This document shows positions 24,554 to 35,867 of a stretch of DNA of 64,000 bases, piece by piece. Location of the stretch: NCBI GenBank assembly GCA_010909165.1, contig MU008160.1:620001-684000 (forward strand), written 5' to 3'. How positions within the stretch are numbered: position 1 is the first letter of the stretch; each line of letters begins with the position of its first letter. The DNA is from Anthoceros angustus. Lineage: Eukaryota > Plantae > Anthocerotophyta. A program made the position numbers and the translations under genes. The notes below the pieces were generated by a model. That model worked only from the letters and a program-made list of their open reading frames with translations. It did no database searches and was not told the DNA's origin.

Positions 24554-27500
24554 TGTCAGAAGGAGTCCGTTCCCAAGGAATGATAGGTCGCTTGCTGCGC
24601 TTCGCGATTCTTACTTCACTTTGCGTCCTCGCCTTCAACGCATACATTCGCCGGGCCGCGCATCTAATACTCGCAACGTTTCACCGACAGGCCCGTGTGG
24701 CCAAACGCTTAGGACGTCATGAGACGCTCACGTTTCACTTGCACCTCTAGTCCGCTTCTTCTCCACTCACACTACATCTACCTTAGGAAAACGCGCTACC
24801 GGCCCTCACGGCCTCCGTCCGGCCCACGCCTCGAGTCCTCCACCACTGCCCGTTGATTCACCGCTTTGACGAATTCACGGGTCCGCCACCCTTCTCTACA
24901 CCACCATACGTTAGGGTCCGCTACCGTAACCTTGATCGCCTCTCCGGTCGCGTGCTCGCCAGTGACTCAGACTCACGTTAGCAAGAAGACGACAAGGGTC
25001 AAGAAACGCCAGATCACCAAGAGAAAGATACTTTAGAGTGCCTCACTCTTATACTGCCGGAGGTCGGCGCTTTATTACATTTCTATTCGAGCCGTGGCTC
25101 AAGACGCCTTAATCGCCGCCTACCATCCTATTCCTCCCTCCTATCTCCTTCTTCGGCTGGAAGGTCCCGGTTCACTGGATTGGTGGTCCAATCTCCTACC
25201 GACAAGGCGCACAATCGGATGATCCGGGGGACCCTTCCTCTTCCCGAATCTCGCCGTTGTTACCGGCGGCGGTCGACCACCGCACATTACAACGCTGCTT
25301 CTCGCCCCAAAGGTCCCTCCTAGGGGCCACCGACTGTCGCTTCCCCAACGTAAGCCTGAGGGGACTCCTCTCATTTCGAGTCCGGACCGAGGTCCGGCCT
25401 CGACCCCGAGTCAACTTGAGTCGCCTTCCCCGAGTCCGGCCTCACTGGGTCCGGCTCATCTTCGGGGTTCGACCTCAAGGTCCGATCACACGGGTCCGCC
25501 CCAAGCTCCGACCCTTACTCGGACCTCATCGCTAGGTCCTCATCCTTCCCACCGACCCTTGTCTTGGGTCGGCTTCCTCCTTCCACTCTTCAAGGCCCCC
25601 GCCTATCTTCCCGAGCAGTGCTGCGCCGACTTACCGGGTTGTATCGGCCGCTGCCCCGCCTCCTCGATGCTCTTCTCCCCGCTACTGCCTCCAAACAGGC
25701 CACTAGAGTCCCTGCCCATGCCCTTCATCCCTTCGAGCCTTCCAGGGTCCGTCGAGCGGCCGAGGTCGCCAATGTCTTAAGGAGCTCAGCGTGGTAATAG
25801 GCAAAGTCCGAATCAACTCCGAATTGCCTCTTCCACGTGTGCCCGAGCACCCGATACCCCTTCGCCATAGGTGCCCGGGCGGCCCCGCTTGTTGGGCCAC
25901 CGCCAGTTTGATTGGAGCCGGGCAGACACGCGAGGCTACAAGGGCGGCCTGCCCTCGCACCGCCGCCGCTGTTCACCGCTCAGCCCCGCTGCTTCCGCCC
26001 GCTAGCTTACCATAGCGCAGCTGCCCTTCCGCCTTTCTCAATCGGACCAGAATTTTTCTCAAGGCCCAGCGCTCGCCTCCTCCGCTCATTCCGGCCGTTA
26101 ACTCCGCCATCTCCTCTCCAAAGTGGGCAACTCGCTCATGCGGCCTCGCCTGTGTCCTTCTCCATTTCGCGACGCCCCGCCTCGCTCCATCGCCGCATTC
26201 CTCCGCCCGTGAGCCGAGCTTATTTCTCGTGATCCGCGATCACGCCCGCAGACTACCATTCCTCTCAATGGTAACTTGAGCCGCAGCCTGTGGTCTCCTT
26301 GGTCTTCCATCTCCGCTGGCGTTCCACCACAATGAGACCGAGATCCTCCATCTCCTTGCTCGGCTTCCTCCTCCTGCATGGCTGGCCTGCACTGCCCGCC
26401 GCCTCGCCTCTTCTTCAGTTAGCAGCTATCCTCGCTGCCTCCTCCACCGGGTTCCGATCACGCGATAGTGATCACGGGCCTCTTAGCGCCCGCCTTTGCC
26501 GCTTTCACTGAGCCGCCCATTTGGCGCCCGGGTCCGCCGCCCGCCAGTCACGAGCTCCGCTTGCGCCCGGCCTCTTCGCCTCCCGCCGCGCTTACTCCTC
26601 CGCTCAGAGGTCTTCCGCCTGCTTGGGCCTCCTCAGGCTCGCCACCGCCACCCACTGAAGGAATTTAGTCCGTCCCGCTTGATGGACCACTTCCTCTCGG
26701 CCTCCCTGCTTCTTCTCGATGCGGCCGAGCTTCGCCTTCCTCCTGCCTCCCGGCCTCCAACCGCCTCCCGGAGGAGCACCATACGCCCGGTGGCTTCTAC
26801 CTCCGGGTCTTCGGCAGAGACCCCAAAGCATACCGTCCATGACGAGCTGTGACCCGCCGTGTTTCTTCCACGGCCACATCGTGAGACCCCACAAAGTCCG
26901 TGAGGGAGCGGGCATTTCGGTCCGCCAAGGACCTCCATACCGCAGTCGAGTAAGTCCGACTGGGTTCGACCTAATCAGACCCTTAGGTCCCGAGTGCCGA
27001 GCTCCCGAGCCACCTCCTTGGCCCTCTTGGCCGCCAGCCTTTATTTGCCCTCTTCGCCTGGGCTTGAGGTGAGGGGTCCGGAGCTAGCCTTTGCCCCTTC
27101 CTGTCGGGGACAGATCGACTGGCGGCCGCTGACCTCGCTCCTTGAGCGCGGGCCCTTTCTCGCCTCCCACCGCCTCTTCACCTCACTGCAAGGGGTAAGG
27201 GCACCGCACCGCCCGAGGTGCTGGTAGACGCTGCCTTGCGCTTCCCGCCGAGTCCGGCGGGCTCGGCTGTCGGCTGGGCACGGAGCCGCAACCGCCAACT
27301 CCCTCCGCTGCTCCTCCCGCCGCTGGTTGCTCCGAGGAGGCACGGAGAAGGGAAGCGGGATTTCTTCCCATACTTCCTGGGTGGTGAGGGGGTCCGCTCC
27401 AGACGTATGGAGTCCCAATCCTCCCGCCCTCCTCCCGGTCCGCTTTGGCCTTAGGGGGTCGGCCCCCACCTCGGGCGCCTTGCACGCCCACTTCCCGCAG

Positions 27501-28765
27501 GCCTCCACTTCCGAGCGCCCGATCTCTCTCCCTCCTTCAGAGCTCAAATGTCCCCATACATGAATGTATGGGGATGCCCCGATGGCGAGGGCTTCGCCTC
27601 ACCATGGCCTGACGAACCGGGCGAAGATAATCCTTCCTCACCCGCCTCTTCCCCGTAACGCATGCTGAATACTAACAATTATCACCAAGGTGATCCACCT
27701 TGGTGAGCGGTGTTCCAATGGACAATGATCCACGCTTACTCTACCGTCAAGGTCCGATATCAACCATTGGTTGTCCGCCGCGGCTCCTGTGCCCTGGCGC
27801 TGGCGCCCTATCTTTCCCTTCGCCTTGAGGGGCTCGAACCACGCCTTCTTCCTCCTTTGGGCGGTTGTAGGTCGCCTCAGACCTCCAAGGTCCATCGCCT
27901 AGATCCTCCCGAGGTTCTTGACCGAACCTCCTTGTTGGCCGCCAACATCTTCCCGGCGAACTCCCGACAGAGCGACATCAAACGTCTGCACTGAACACAT
28001 CCAAGTGCCACTGACTAATCCGCTTCCTCCACCAGGCCCAAAGTCCGGATAGCGGGTCACAATGTTGCGCCTACTGTGTTCCATGGCTCCTGCACCTCCG
28101 CAGCCTTTTGGGTGCCATCGCCTTTCTTCTCCCTCGGCCGAGCCGCCGGCCGAGTCCGCACGAGCGCGCCTCCGCTGTCACGCCCAACCCGACGGAGCCG
28201 AAGATGCTCTCAAAGAGATAGCGCCAGAGAGCCGGGTTGGAGCGCAAGAGACCGCGAATTGTCTCGAGGTCCAGAAATGACCTCCTCTTCGGCCGCGCTG
28301 GAGTAACCGGGCGGAAGGCGCCTCTTCCCTCGTCAGAATCGCGAGGTCTCGCATGGCTTACTCGACCCACGCCCGCTTACTCGCCTTACGCCACAGATTG
28401 CCTTACGCTGCTCGGGCGTGAATACCGCTATAACGGCCTGCAAGGCTACCCGACTCGCTGCATGCCCGACCTCCACTGTGGCCCACGTGGCGCCGCTTAG
28501 TCCTCTCACGACTCAACTTCTAAGTTACTTTCGGGCGACGATTTATCCTGCTTTTGACCCGAGTGGGTCCGGACTTATCCACACCGACGTAGTCCGTGCT
28601 CGCCATGGTGGTCCGGCACGTTGCCCACCGAGTCCGAGTATACTCCGGAGTCCACCGAGCGCCATCCGTGCTTATTCCTCCTTTTCCGCCTTATTTTACT
28701 ATTCCAACCTACCAAAAACAAAGCCCCACTTAATTCCTACCCCCAAGGGAAGTCCATAGCCCACA
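24554..28765 (-). mobile_element. Gypsy element B: second, diverged family member; 3' LTR (24554-25204) plus 3' region; truncated at the end of pol
   Basis: Colinear similarity to 2864-5885 (e.g. GTAATAGGCAAAGTCCGAATC, GTGAATACCGCTATAACGGC). Homology ends at CATAGCCCACA ~28755-28765. Has ~1.15 kb (27170-28320) that element A lacks. Confidence 0.75.
25700..28330 (-). pseudogene. Putative additional ORF of the Gypsy family (same sense as pol), helical/charged, unknown function, frameshifted
   Basis: Peptide blocks shared by A and B after frame correction: MEVL.EKC.S.TDFVG.S..AVEETR and AHVEEAI..VDSDFAYYH.ELLK. Confidence 0.45.
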
Positions 28766-28779
28766 CTTAGCCATGCCGG

Positions 28780-29990
28780 TATGGAGGATTGTGGAGAGAC
28801 CACACCTAGGTGTGCTTGCAGTGGAGTTGCAAGAAAGGGTGTCGATGGGTCCAAGGTCAGAGAAGTTCTTGCCAAGAAAACACAAAAGTGAGGAGATCGC
28901 TAGATCGCAATTTTGGCTAGTCATGAGACTAGGGAGCATGAAGATGGGGTGGCGGCGTCGAGAGATGCACGTCGGCGACTTGCGCATACACGGATACTGC
29001 AGTACGTCGGCGTGTGGGAGAGCTAGTTTTGCAAGCCAAGTTGAGGCGAGTGTGGCCACGGCATCAACATCCACCGGTGAGCCAACTAGAAATGGCAAGG
29101 TGTGCATGGAAGGAGAGATCGAACATGAAGGACCCCATGTCCATGTTATTTGTTGAATGGTGAGGAAGGAAAATTCTTAGATCACGGAATTATGCTTGAT
29201 GGCTTGTCAAGTGAAGGGCGTCTTGTTTTTCTTCACAAATCGCGCCTTATTGTCTAAGAGATGGGGTCTTATACAATCTTGGTACGGATGAGAAGATTCG
29301 ATGTTGTTTGGAAGAGAAGGAACCCTCTTTTGTCATAGAAGCTTTGTTGGAGCCATTCTTGGTACAAATCATGGTGAAGATCCACGGATGCACGGGCTTT
29401 TGGTGGGCTATGATGCGAGAGATGTTTGGGATTTTATTCCGAGGTGTGATGCATGCCAGCAGGTTGGGAGGCCGACCTTGTCGACCACGATGGCCTCTTA
29501 CTTAAATCCTACGTAGCTTTGGCACCTTTCAAGAAGTGGGGCATAGACTTTGTGGGTCTAATCAAGCCACCCACAAAATGGATAAGGAAGCGATATTTTG
29601 CTACGGACTAATGCACAAAAATGGTAGAAAATTTGGGGCAACCAGGGAAGGATGATGTGCCTCGGGCAAAGGTGTTTCTCCTTGAAAACTTCATAACTTC
29701 GGTATGGATGTCCTTTGGAGTTGGTCGATAGAACTCATTTCCTCAACTGATTGAGTCTCTTACATCCTACTTCAATATTCGGCATTGAAAGACAACTCCA
29801 CAATTCAAGGCAAATGGTTTCTGGCCGATTTGGTTCTTCTATATGATAGCCGTTATATGGACTTCGAGGAAGCTTAGGTTGAGGTGGATGGGACCTTATG
29901 AGGTTGTGGCGGTGTATAAGAAAGGATCCGCAACAGAGAAATGTAGCTCCGACGAGTTTGATCAAGAAGGGTTGAGGAGGCCTCACCATC
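28780..29990 (+). pseudogene. pol: Degenerate Ty3/Gypsy pol fragment (integrase); mirror 49498-50708 minus
   Basis: DGVLYNLGTDEKIRCCLE; CDACQQVGRP; LAPFKKWGIDFVGLIKP; RYGCPLELV; KLRLRWMGPYEVVAVY. Confidence 0.85.
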
Positions 29991-30029
29991 CTTTACCTTG
30001 CCCAATTCTCGCCATGAGGCCTAAAGTTG

Positions 30030-31760
30030 CAGCTCTAAGTTTTTATCTCGCACGGAGGTGTTAGCCAAGTGTCTACCGTTTGGATTTCTCCGAATGATAG
30101 GGTTTGAAAAGAGAATCGATGTAGTGTTGCGCGGTAAGTGTGCATGCAACTTGAACAAAGTGTTTGCTTGCACAAGTATTGACGCAATTCTCTCAAACCT
30201 AGTGCAATAAACCTCTTGAGATATAAATGCACGCCGACGTCCTGCGACTCCAAATTTGGAGCATAAGTGCGCAATTGATCCGGCCACTGGTACAAAGGTG
30301 TGTCCAGAAGCATTTAAAGTGAGTTGGCACATTAGGTCTTCTTTTGGGCTCGGATGCATGGCCTGGGTTCGCAAATGTGAAAACAATGAAATGAGACGAT
30401 GTGCATCGGATGGTTAGCCAAAATGGGGGAGACAAACCCCTATGCTAAGAGACAACATTTACCAAGGTACATCAATCTACTCAATGACAAAGATTCTTGG
30501 CCATAGTTGGAACATGCATCTTCAATAGTAAGGACAGAGCCATCTTGAAGAGTGAATGTACCATGTTTGCTCATGAATTTGCTCAAGAATCAAGTTGTGT
30601 GGAAATCAATCATATGAAATTGATCTTTGTGTTTAGAGATGTCCGAGGTGGCACCAAAATCCGGTACCATCCGTCATCTGATCTGAATGAGCAACACACA
30701 TCGAAGATTCTTCACGGAAGGTTTGGTGTCATCGAGTGCTTATCTTGTATTGCTACACTTACGTACTTTTAGGAGTCCACCGAGGCTCTCCGATTTTCTT
30801 CTTCATTCTCTAGCCCAATGGTCAGCAATACCACACCGATATAGTTACCCTTGGCGCTTTGAAGATGTTGACGGAGAAGGATCGGATCTAACCAAATCGC
30901 CTCTCAATTTTCCTTTATTTACGAAATTTGCGCATTAACACTTTCCTGCTTTTACTCTTAGGAGTATTGGCAGAGAACAATCGATCTGCTCTTCCTAGTA
31001 TAAAACACCAATTACCTCTTGAAGGGTGATTGTACTTGAACTTGCGAAGCGAGTGGCATTAGCCTTATAAATTGGACCATTTTGGCTAGTCACAAAGGAC
31101 CGATAAGGAGGAGGTAGATTGGACAAGAGTTGGGCAACAACATCTAATTCCAACATTTGAGTTCCAATCAACGACGTGATCTGCGGTCTCGGATGGCGAA
31201 ATTTGCTAGTGTATGTTGCAACTTTGTCTCCTTCTCTCATTTTTAGGCCATAGAACTCCTACCTTGGAGCCGCAGTGTCATCATATTATTGACTGATATG
31301 TCTTCTCAACCGATTCGGATGGCGGAAGCTTACGTGAGATACTCTATATCAAGCACAAGGTCGCGATCCAATCCCCAACGGGCAAGGCGATAGATATCTT
31401 GCTCCCATTGTGCGCGATCTCATTTGTTGGTCGAATAGCGGGTCCGCTTCTTAAGTGAGCCATCGACAATGCTCCATACTCCTCGAGGTAGTAAGGTTGA
31501 TTTCATGCGCACTCTCCATCTTTGGGTATCTAGTGCCGTTAAGACGATCCTTTCAACTCAAAGGTAAACATCCAGGACATGATGGAGTTGTTGAACAAGG
31601 ATAATGTAAGATAGCTACGTCACAAAGTGTGTATCCGTATCTTGTATACCAAAAGTGAGAACTAACATGTTAATGTAGGAAGGTTTGAAGGGATTCGCCT
31701 CGGGTAGATGGGATTTCTCGTCTCGTTCTTTTTATAAAGTCTCCACATTCCCCTTGCATC
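30030..31760 (-). mobile_element. Degenerate Ty1/Copia fragment (LTR end/PBS, gag, protease, start of integrase); mirror ~47730-49460 plus
   Basis: PBS-like TGGTATACAAG at 31651-31641; RLNGT.Y..WRVRMKST..RGVWSIVDG; MREGDKVATYTSKF..LELDVVAQLLSNLPPPYRSFVTS..ITLQEVIGVL; HVPTMAKNLLSLSRL. Confidence 0.75.
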
Positions 31761-32856
31761 TGCATGTTGAGAACTTGAGGCATCCACATATATTTGACCC
31801 GGAAAGGCCTCATGGAAATCTGTCACACGTGTTTTGATATTTAGTACGCAGCAGACACGCAGAAAATCTGAGAAGGGTGCATCTCAAGTCTCAAGCTGGA
31901 GGCAAGGAAACCCACAAGGTCTTCCACTCCGCCATACATTCACGAAGACCTCCAATGTGGGGACTGCAACTTGGAGGAGATTCTCGCTCTACCAAACTCT
32001 TGTCTTCCATCGGGGTCTTATTCAAGCATGGTCGGCCGATTAAGCATAAGCACCGATTCCGGTGACCGCGATGGCCTCATGTTCTGCCGAGGTCGGCGGC
32101 ACCGGCAAGGGGCCATCACGCCACCATTTATTAAAACGAGCTTTCTTCACGTCCGTCAGTGCGTAGTCATGGGTGCCTTGAACATCCCTCCTAAAGGACT
32201 TTTAGTTAAGCACTCCTCACCTCCGTATCTCCGATTGGGTGCCATTTGGCAACCATATGGTAGATGACGTTTCAATTGGTTTGTGTTGTGTCGTTCGAAG
32301 TGGGTACCCAACAGAAATCCGTCTTGACTCTCTAAAGGGCGGGGTGGTTACACAGTACCTGGGCATCCTGCCATAGTCTGTTGTTAGACTCATGTTCCGA
32401 CAGCGGTCCCTGAACGATGGCCACAGTATGGCAACCGGACCTTGTGGACCCAACAAATTGGTCTGTGTACATTCTACTAGGAGATCCTGCTCACCTCACT
32501 TCAGGAGTCAACCCCGGCAAACATAAGCCTCAGGTGCAGCAGTGTCAGGAGCCCAGCACTTCCACGTCCGAGAAAATGTGTGTGGGGACAGATTCTCCAG
32601 CGATGGTCGTCGCCAGGAGCAGGAGCACTTGTGGCAACAATTTTTCTGGACCCTACCATGTGGTGGGACAACAGACGAGATAAGAAGAGCTCCCGCCCTG
32701 ACTTCCGGCGTAAGGGTCCGGCGAGGTCCTGTGGTTAAACAACATGTTTAAGCCAGCTTGGGTTGATGAGCAGCTCGTTTCCTTGGATATGCAGATGGGT
32801 CATGCCTCCTTCCAGTCGAGCTCCGGATAAGCCTGAACCTGGCAGGTGCAGGAGAA

Positions 32857-35800
32857 ATGGGCGTCGTAACGGCTGGAACCGTGAGCATGTCAGCAGGGGA
32901 AGCTTCTGAGGCCGTTGGAGCCCTGGAATCTCTGGCGCAGACAGACTCCCTATTTCTCAGTCTCTGTTTTACACTGTGCTAAACTGTGTACAGCTAAGAA
33001 GGATCTGGTTGTGGGCGACGAGTTCATGATCTCACTGTCAAACTTGGGTACGAGTCGAATGCATACTTGGGGAACCATATCTTGCGCATGTATGCATGTG
33101 GAGGTAGGCTGCAGGAGGCCATGGATGTGTTCACCAGGGTGGGCAAACCAGATGCCTTCATGTGGTTTCCATAATCTCTGCATATGCTAAGCATGGGAAA
33201 CCTAATGAGGCCATACAACTGTACCATGAGATGCGTAGGTCAGGAGTGAAGGCGGATGCTCACGTCTTTGTAGCTGCCCTTCAAGCTTGTGCATTTGCCG
33301 CCGACGAATCTGGCAGAAAAGTGCACTGTGATGTGTGTGGCATTCCTCCTGACTTGTTTGTTGGCAACTGCCTGTGGACATGTATGCAAAATGTGGCGAA
33401 CTGAAGATGCACGCCAGGTGTTTGACAGCATGGCACGGATGTGGTGACATGGAATGCCCTGATATCTGTATGCAAAATGTGGTGAACTGAAAGATGCACG
33501 CCAGGTTTTTGACAGCATGGCCAAAGGATGTGGTGACATGGAATGCCCTGATTGCTGGGTATGCAGCAAGGACTCGGACATGAGGCACTTGTTCTGTATG
33601 GACAAATGGAGCAGGAGGGCTGATTTTGGCTAACCATGTTACTTTTGCTTGCCTTCTGAAGGCCTGTGCAAGCACTGGTGCCTTACAGAAGGGCAGGCAG
33701 CTGCACACCTGATTGTCGAAAGAGGACTGCTGGATAACATAGTGTTGTGCAACTGGTGGACATGTATGCAAAATGTGGTGAACTGGAAGATGCACGCCAG
33801 GTTTTTGACAGCATGAACAAAGGATGTGGTGACATGGAATGCCCTGATTGCTGGGTATGCAGCAAGGACTTGGACATGAGGCACTTGTTGTGTATGGACA
33901 AATGGAGGAGGGGGCATTTTGGCTGACCATGTTACTTTTGCTTGCCTTCTGAAGGCCTGTGCAAGCAGTTTTACAGAAGGGCAGGCAGCTGCACTCACAG
34001 ATTGTCAAAAGAGGACTGCTGGATAACGTAGTGTTGGGCACCTGCCTGGTGGACATGTATGCAAAATGTGGTGAACTGGAAGATGCACGCCAGGTTTTTG
34101 ACAGCATGGCCACAAAGGATGTGGTGACATGGAATGCCCTGATTGCTGGGTATGCACAGCAAGGACTTGGCCAAGAGGCGCTTGTTGTGTATGGACAAAT
34201 GGAGGAGGCAGGCCTCATTTTGGCTGACCATTACTTTTGCTTGCCTTCTGAAGGCCTGTGCAAGCACTGGTGCCTTACAGAAGGGCAGGCAGCTGCACTC
34301 ACAGATTGTGGAAAGAGGACTGCTGGATGATGGTGTTGGGCACCTGCCTGGTGGACATGTATGCAAAATGTGGTGAACTGGAAGATGCACGCCAGGTTTT
34401 TGACAGCTTGGCCACAAAAGGATGTGGTGACATGGAATGCCCTGATTGCTGGGTATGCACAGCAAGGCTCAGAGAGGCTTGTTGTGTATGGACAAATGGA
34501 GCAGGAGGGCCTCATTTGGCTGATGTTACTTTTGCTTGCCTTCTGAAGGCCTGTGCAAGCACTGGTGCCTTACAGAAGGGCAGGCAGCTGCACTCACAGA
34601 TTGTTGAAAGAGGACTGCTGGATAACGTTTGGTGGGCACCTGCCTGGTGGACATGTATGCAAAATGTGGTGAACTGGAAGATGCACGCCAGGTTTTTGAC
34701 AGCTTGGCCATAAAAATGTGGTGACATGGAATGCCCTGATTGCTGGGCAAGGACTAGAAGGCGCTTCTTGTGTATGGACAAATGGAGCAGGAGGCCTCAT
34801 TTGGCTGACCATGTTACTTTTGCTTGCCTTCTGAAGGCCTGTGCAAGCACTGGTGCCTTACAGAAGGGCAGGCAGCTGCACTCACAGATTGTTGAAAGAG
34901 GACTGCTGGATAACGTAGTGTGGGCAACTGCCTGGTGGACATGTATGCAAAATGTGGTGAACTGGAAGATGCACGCCAGGTTTTTGACAGCATGAACACA
35001 AAGGATGTGGTGACATGGAATGCCCTGATATCTGGGTATGGTACTTGTGATGATGGTCACAGAGCACTAGCTTGTTTTGAGGAGATGCGGGTTCAGCCTG
35101 ATGGTGCTACTTTTACTTGCCTTTTAGCATGCAGTCATGAGGACTGGTCCAGGGTCGCAAGCACTTTGATTCCATGGCTGAACAGCATGGCATCAAACCT
35201 ACTATTGAGCATTACATTGCATGATTGATCTTCTTGGGCCATTTAGATGAGGCAGAAGATGCTATTTCATGTGAGGCCAAAGTAATGTTGTGGGCTTGAC
35301 GTCTTTGTTGAATGCCTGCAAAAGTCACGGGGATATAGAGGGCGATGTGGTGTTTTGAAAGCATTGTTAGGCTGGACCTCAGGGGCGTCTATATGTGCTC
35401 ATGGCCAATGCCTACGCAGATGCAGGTAGGTGTGGACCGATGTAGACAGGATTGAAACACAGAGAAGGCAGCAGGAGCTAACAAGAAACCTGCAGTGGCG
35501 ACCATTGAGGTGAATAAGCAGGTACATAGATTTCTGGTGGGAGAAAGGAGAGAGGATATTGCTTAAAGGTAGAGAGCACGAATGCACGTCTGAAGCAGGA
35601 AGGAGGCGTACCTCACACAAAGTTGGTGTTGAAGCCACTGTGTGAGAAGGAAAAGGAAGATGCGCTTTGTGGGCATGCTGAGAAGCTAGCTCTGGCGTTT
35701 GGTCTGTTGAACACTCCAGTGGGACACCTCTGGTGGTAACGAAGAATCTACGCATGTGCAGTGACTGCCACAGTTCCACGGAGATCATGTCAAGGCTTGA

Positions 35801-35867
35801 ACAGAGGGACATTGTTGTAAGGGATGGGTACCGTGCATCGATTCGCAAATTGAAGGGTCGACCGTGA
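32857..35867 (+). CDS. PLS-class PPR protein with E1-E2 and DYW:KP (GRP-ending) deaminase domain; candidate organellar U-to-C RNA editing factor; frameshifted in this sequence (read error or pseudogene); start codon uncertain
   Basis: Repeated P (VVTWNALIAGYAQQG), L (HVTFACLLKACASTGALQKGRQLHSQIVERG) and S (VLGTCLVDMYAKCGELEDARQVFD) motifs. P2/L2/S2 at ~35005-35280; E1 NVVGLTSLLNACKSHGDIE; E2 YVLMANAYADAG; KKPA at 35483; GHAEKLALAFGL at 35671; LRMCSDCH at 35748; KGRP-TGA at 35853-35867. Reconstruction needs several frameshifts. Confidence 0.92.
33500..35000 (+). repeat. Five near-identical tandem P-L-S coding units (~290-300 nt each as written)
   Basis: GACATGTATGCAAAATGTGGTGAACTGGAAGATGCACGCCAGGTTTTTGACAGC recurs at ~33760, 34052, 34354, 34650 and 34939. 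Confidence 0.93.

Noticed and set aside
31821-32352. Solo LTR (TGTCACAC...GGGGTGGTTACA)
   Set aside because: Flanks AAATC and CAGTA give no target-site duplication, and there is no second copy outside the mirror.
33202-34218. 338-aa minus-strand ORF with repeats (and mirror 45270-46286)
   Set aside because: Antisense shadow of the PPR repeats; the recognisable motifs are on the opposite strand.
33370-35000. CRISPR-like array
   Set aside because: Units are ~300-nt protein-coding PPR triplets with no unique spacers and no cas genes; the context is eukaryotic.
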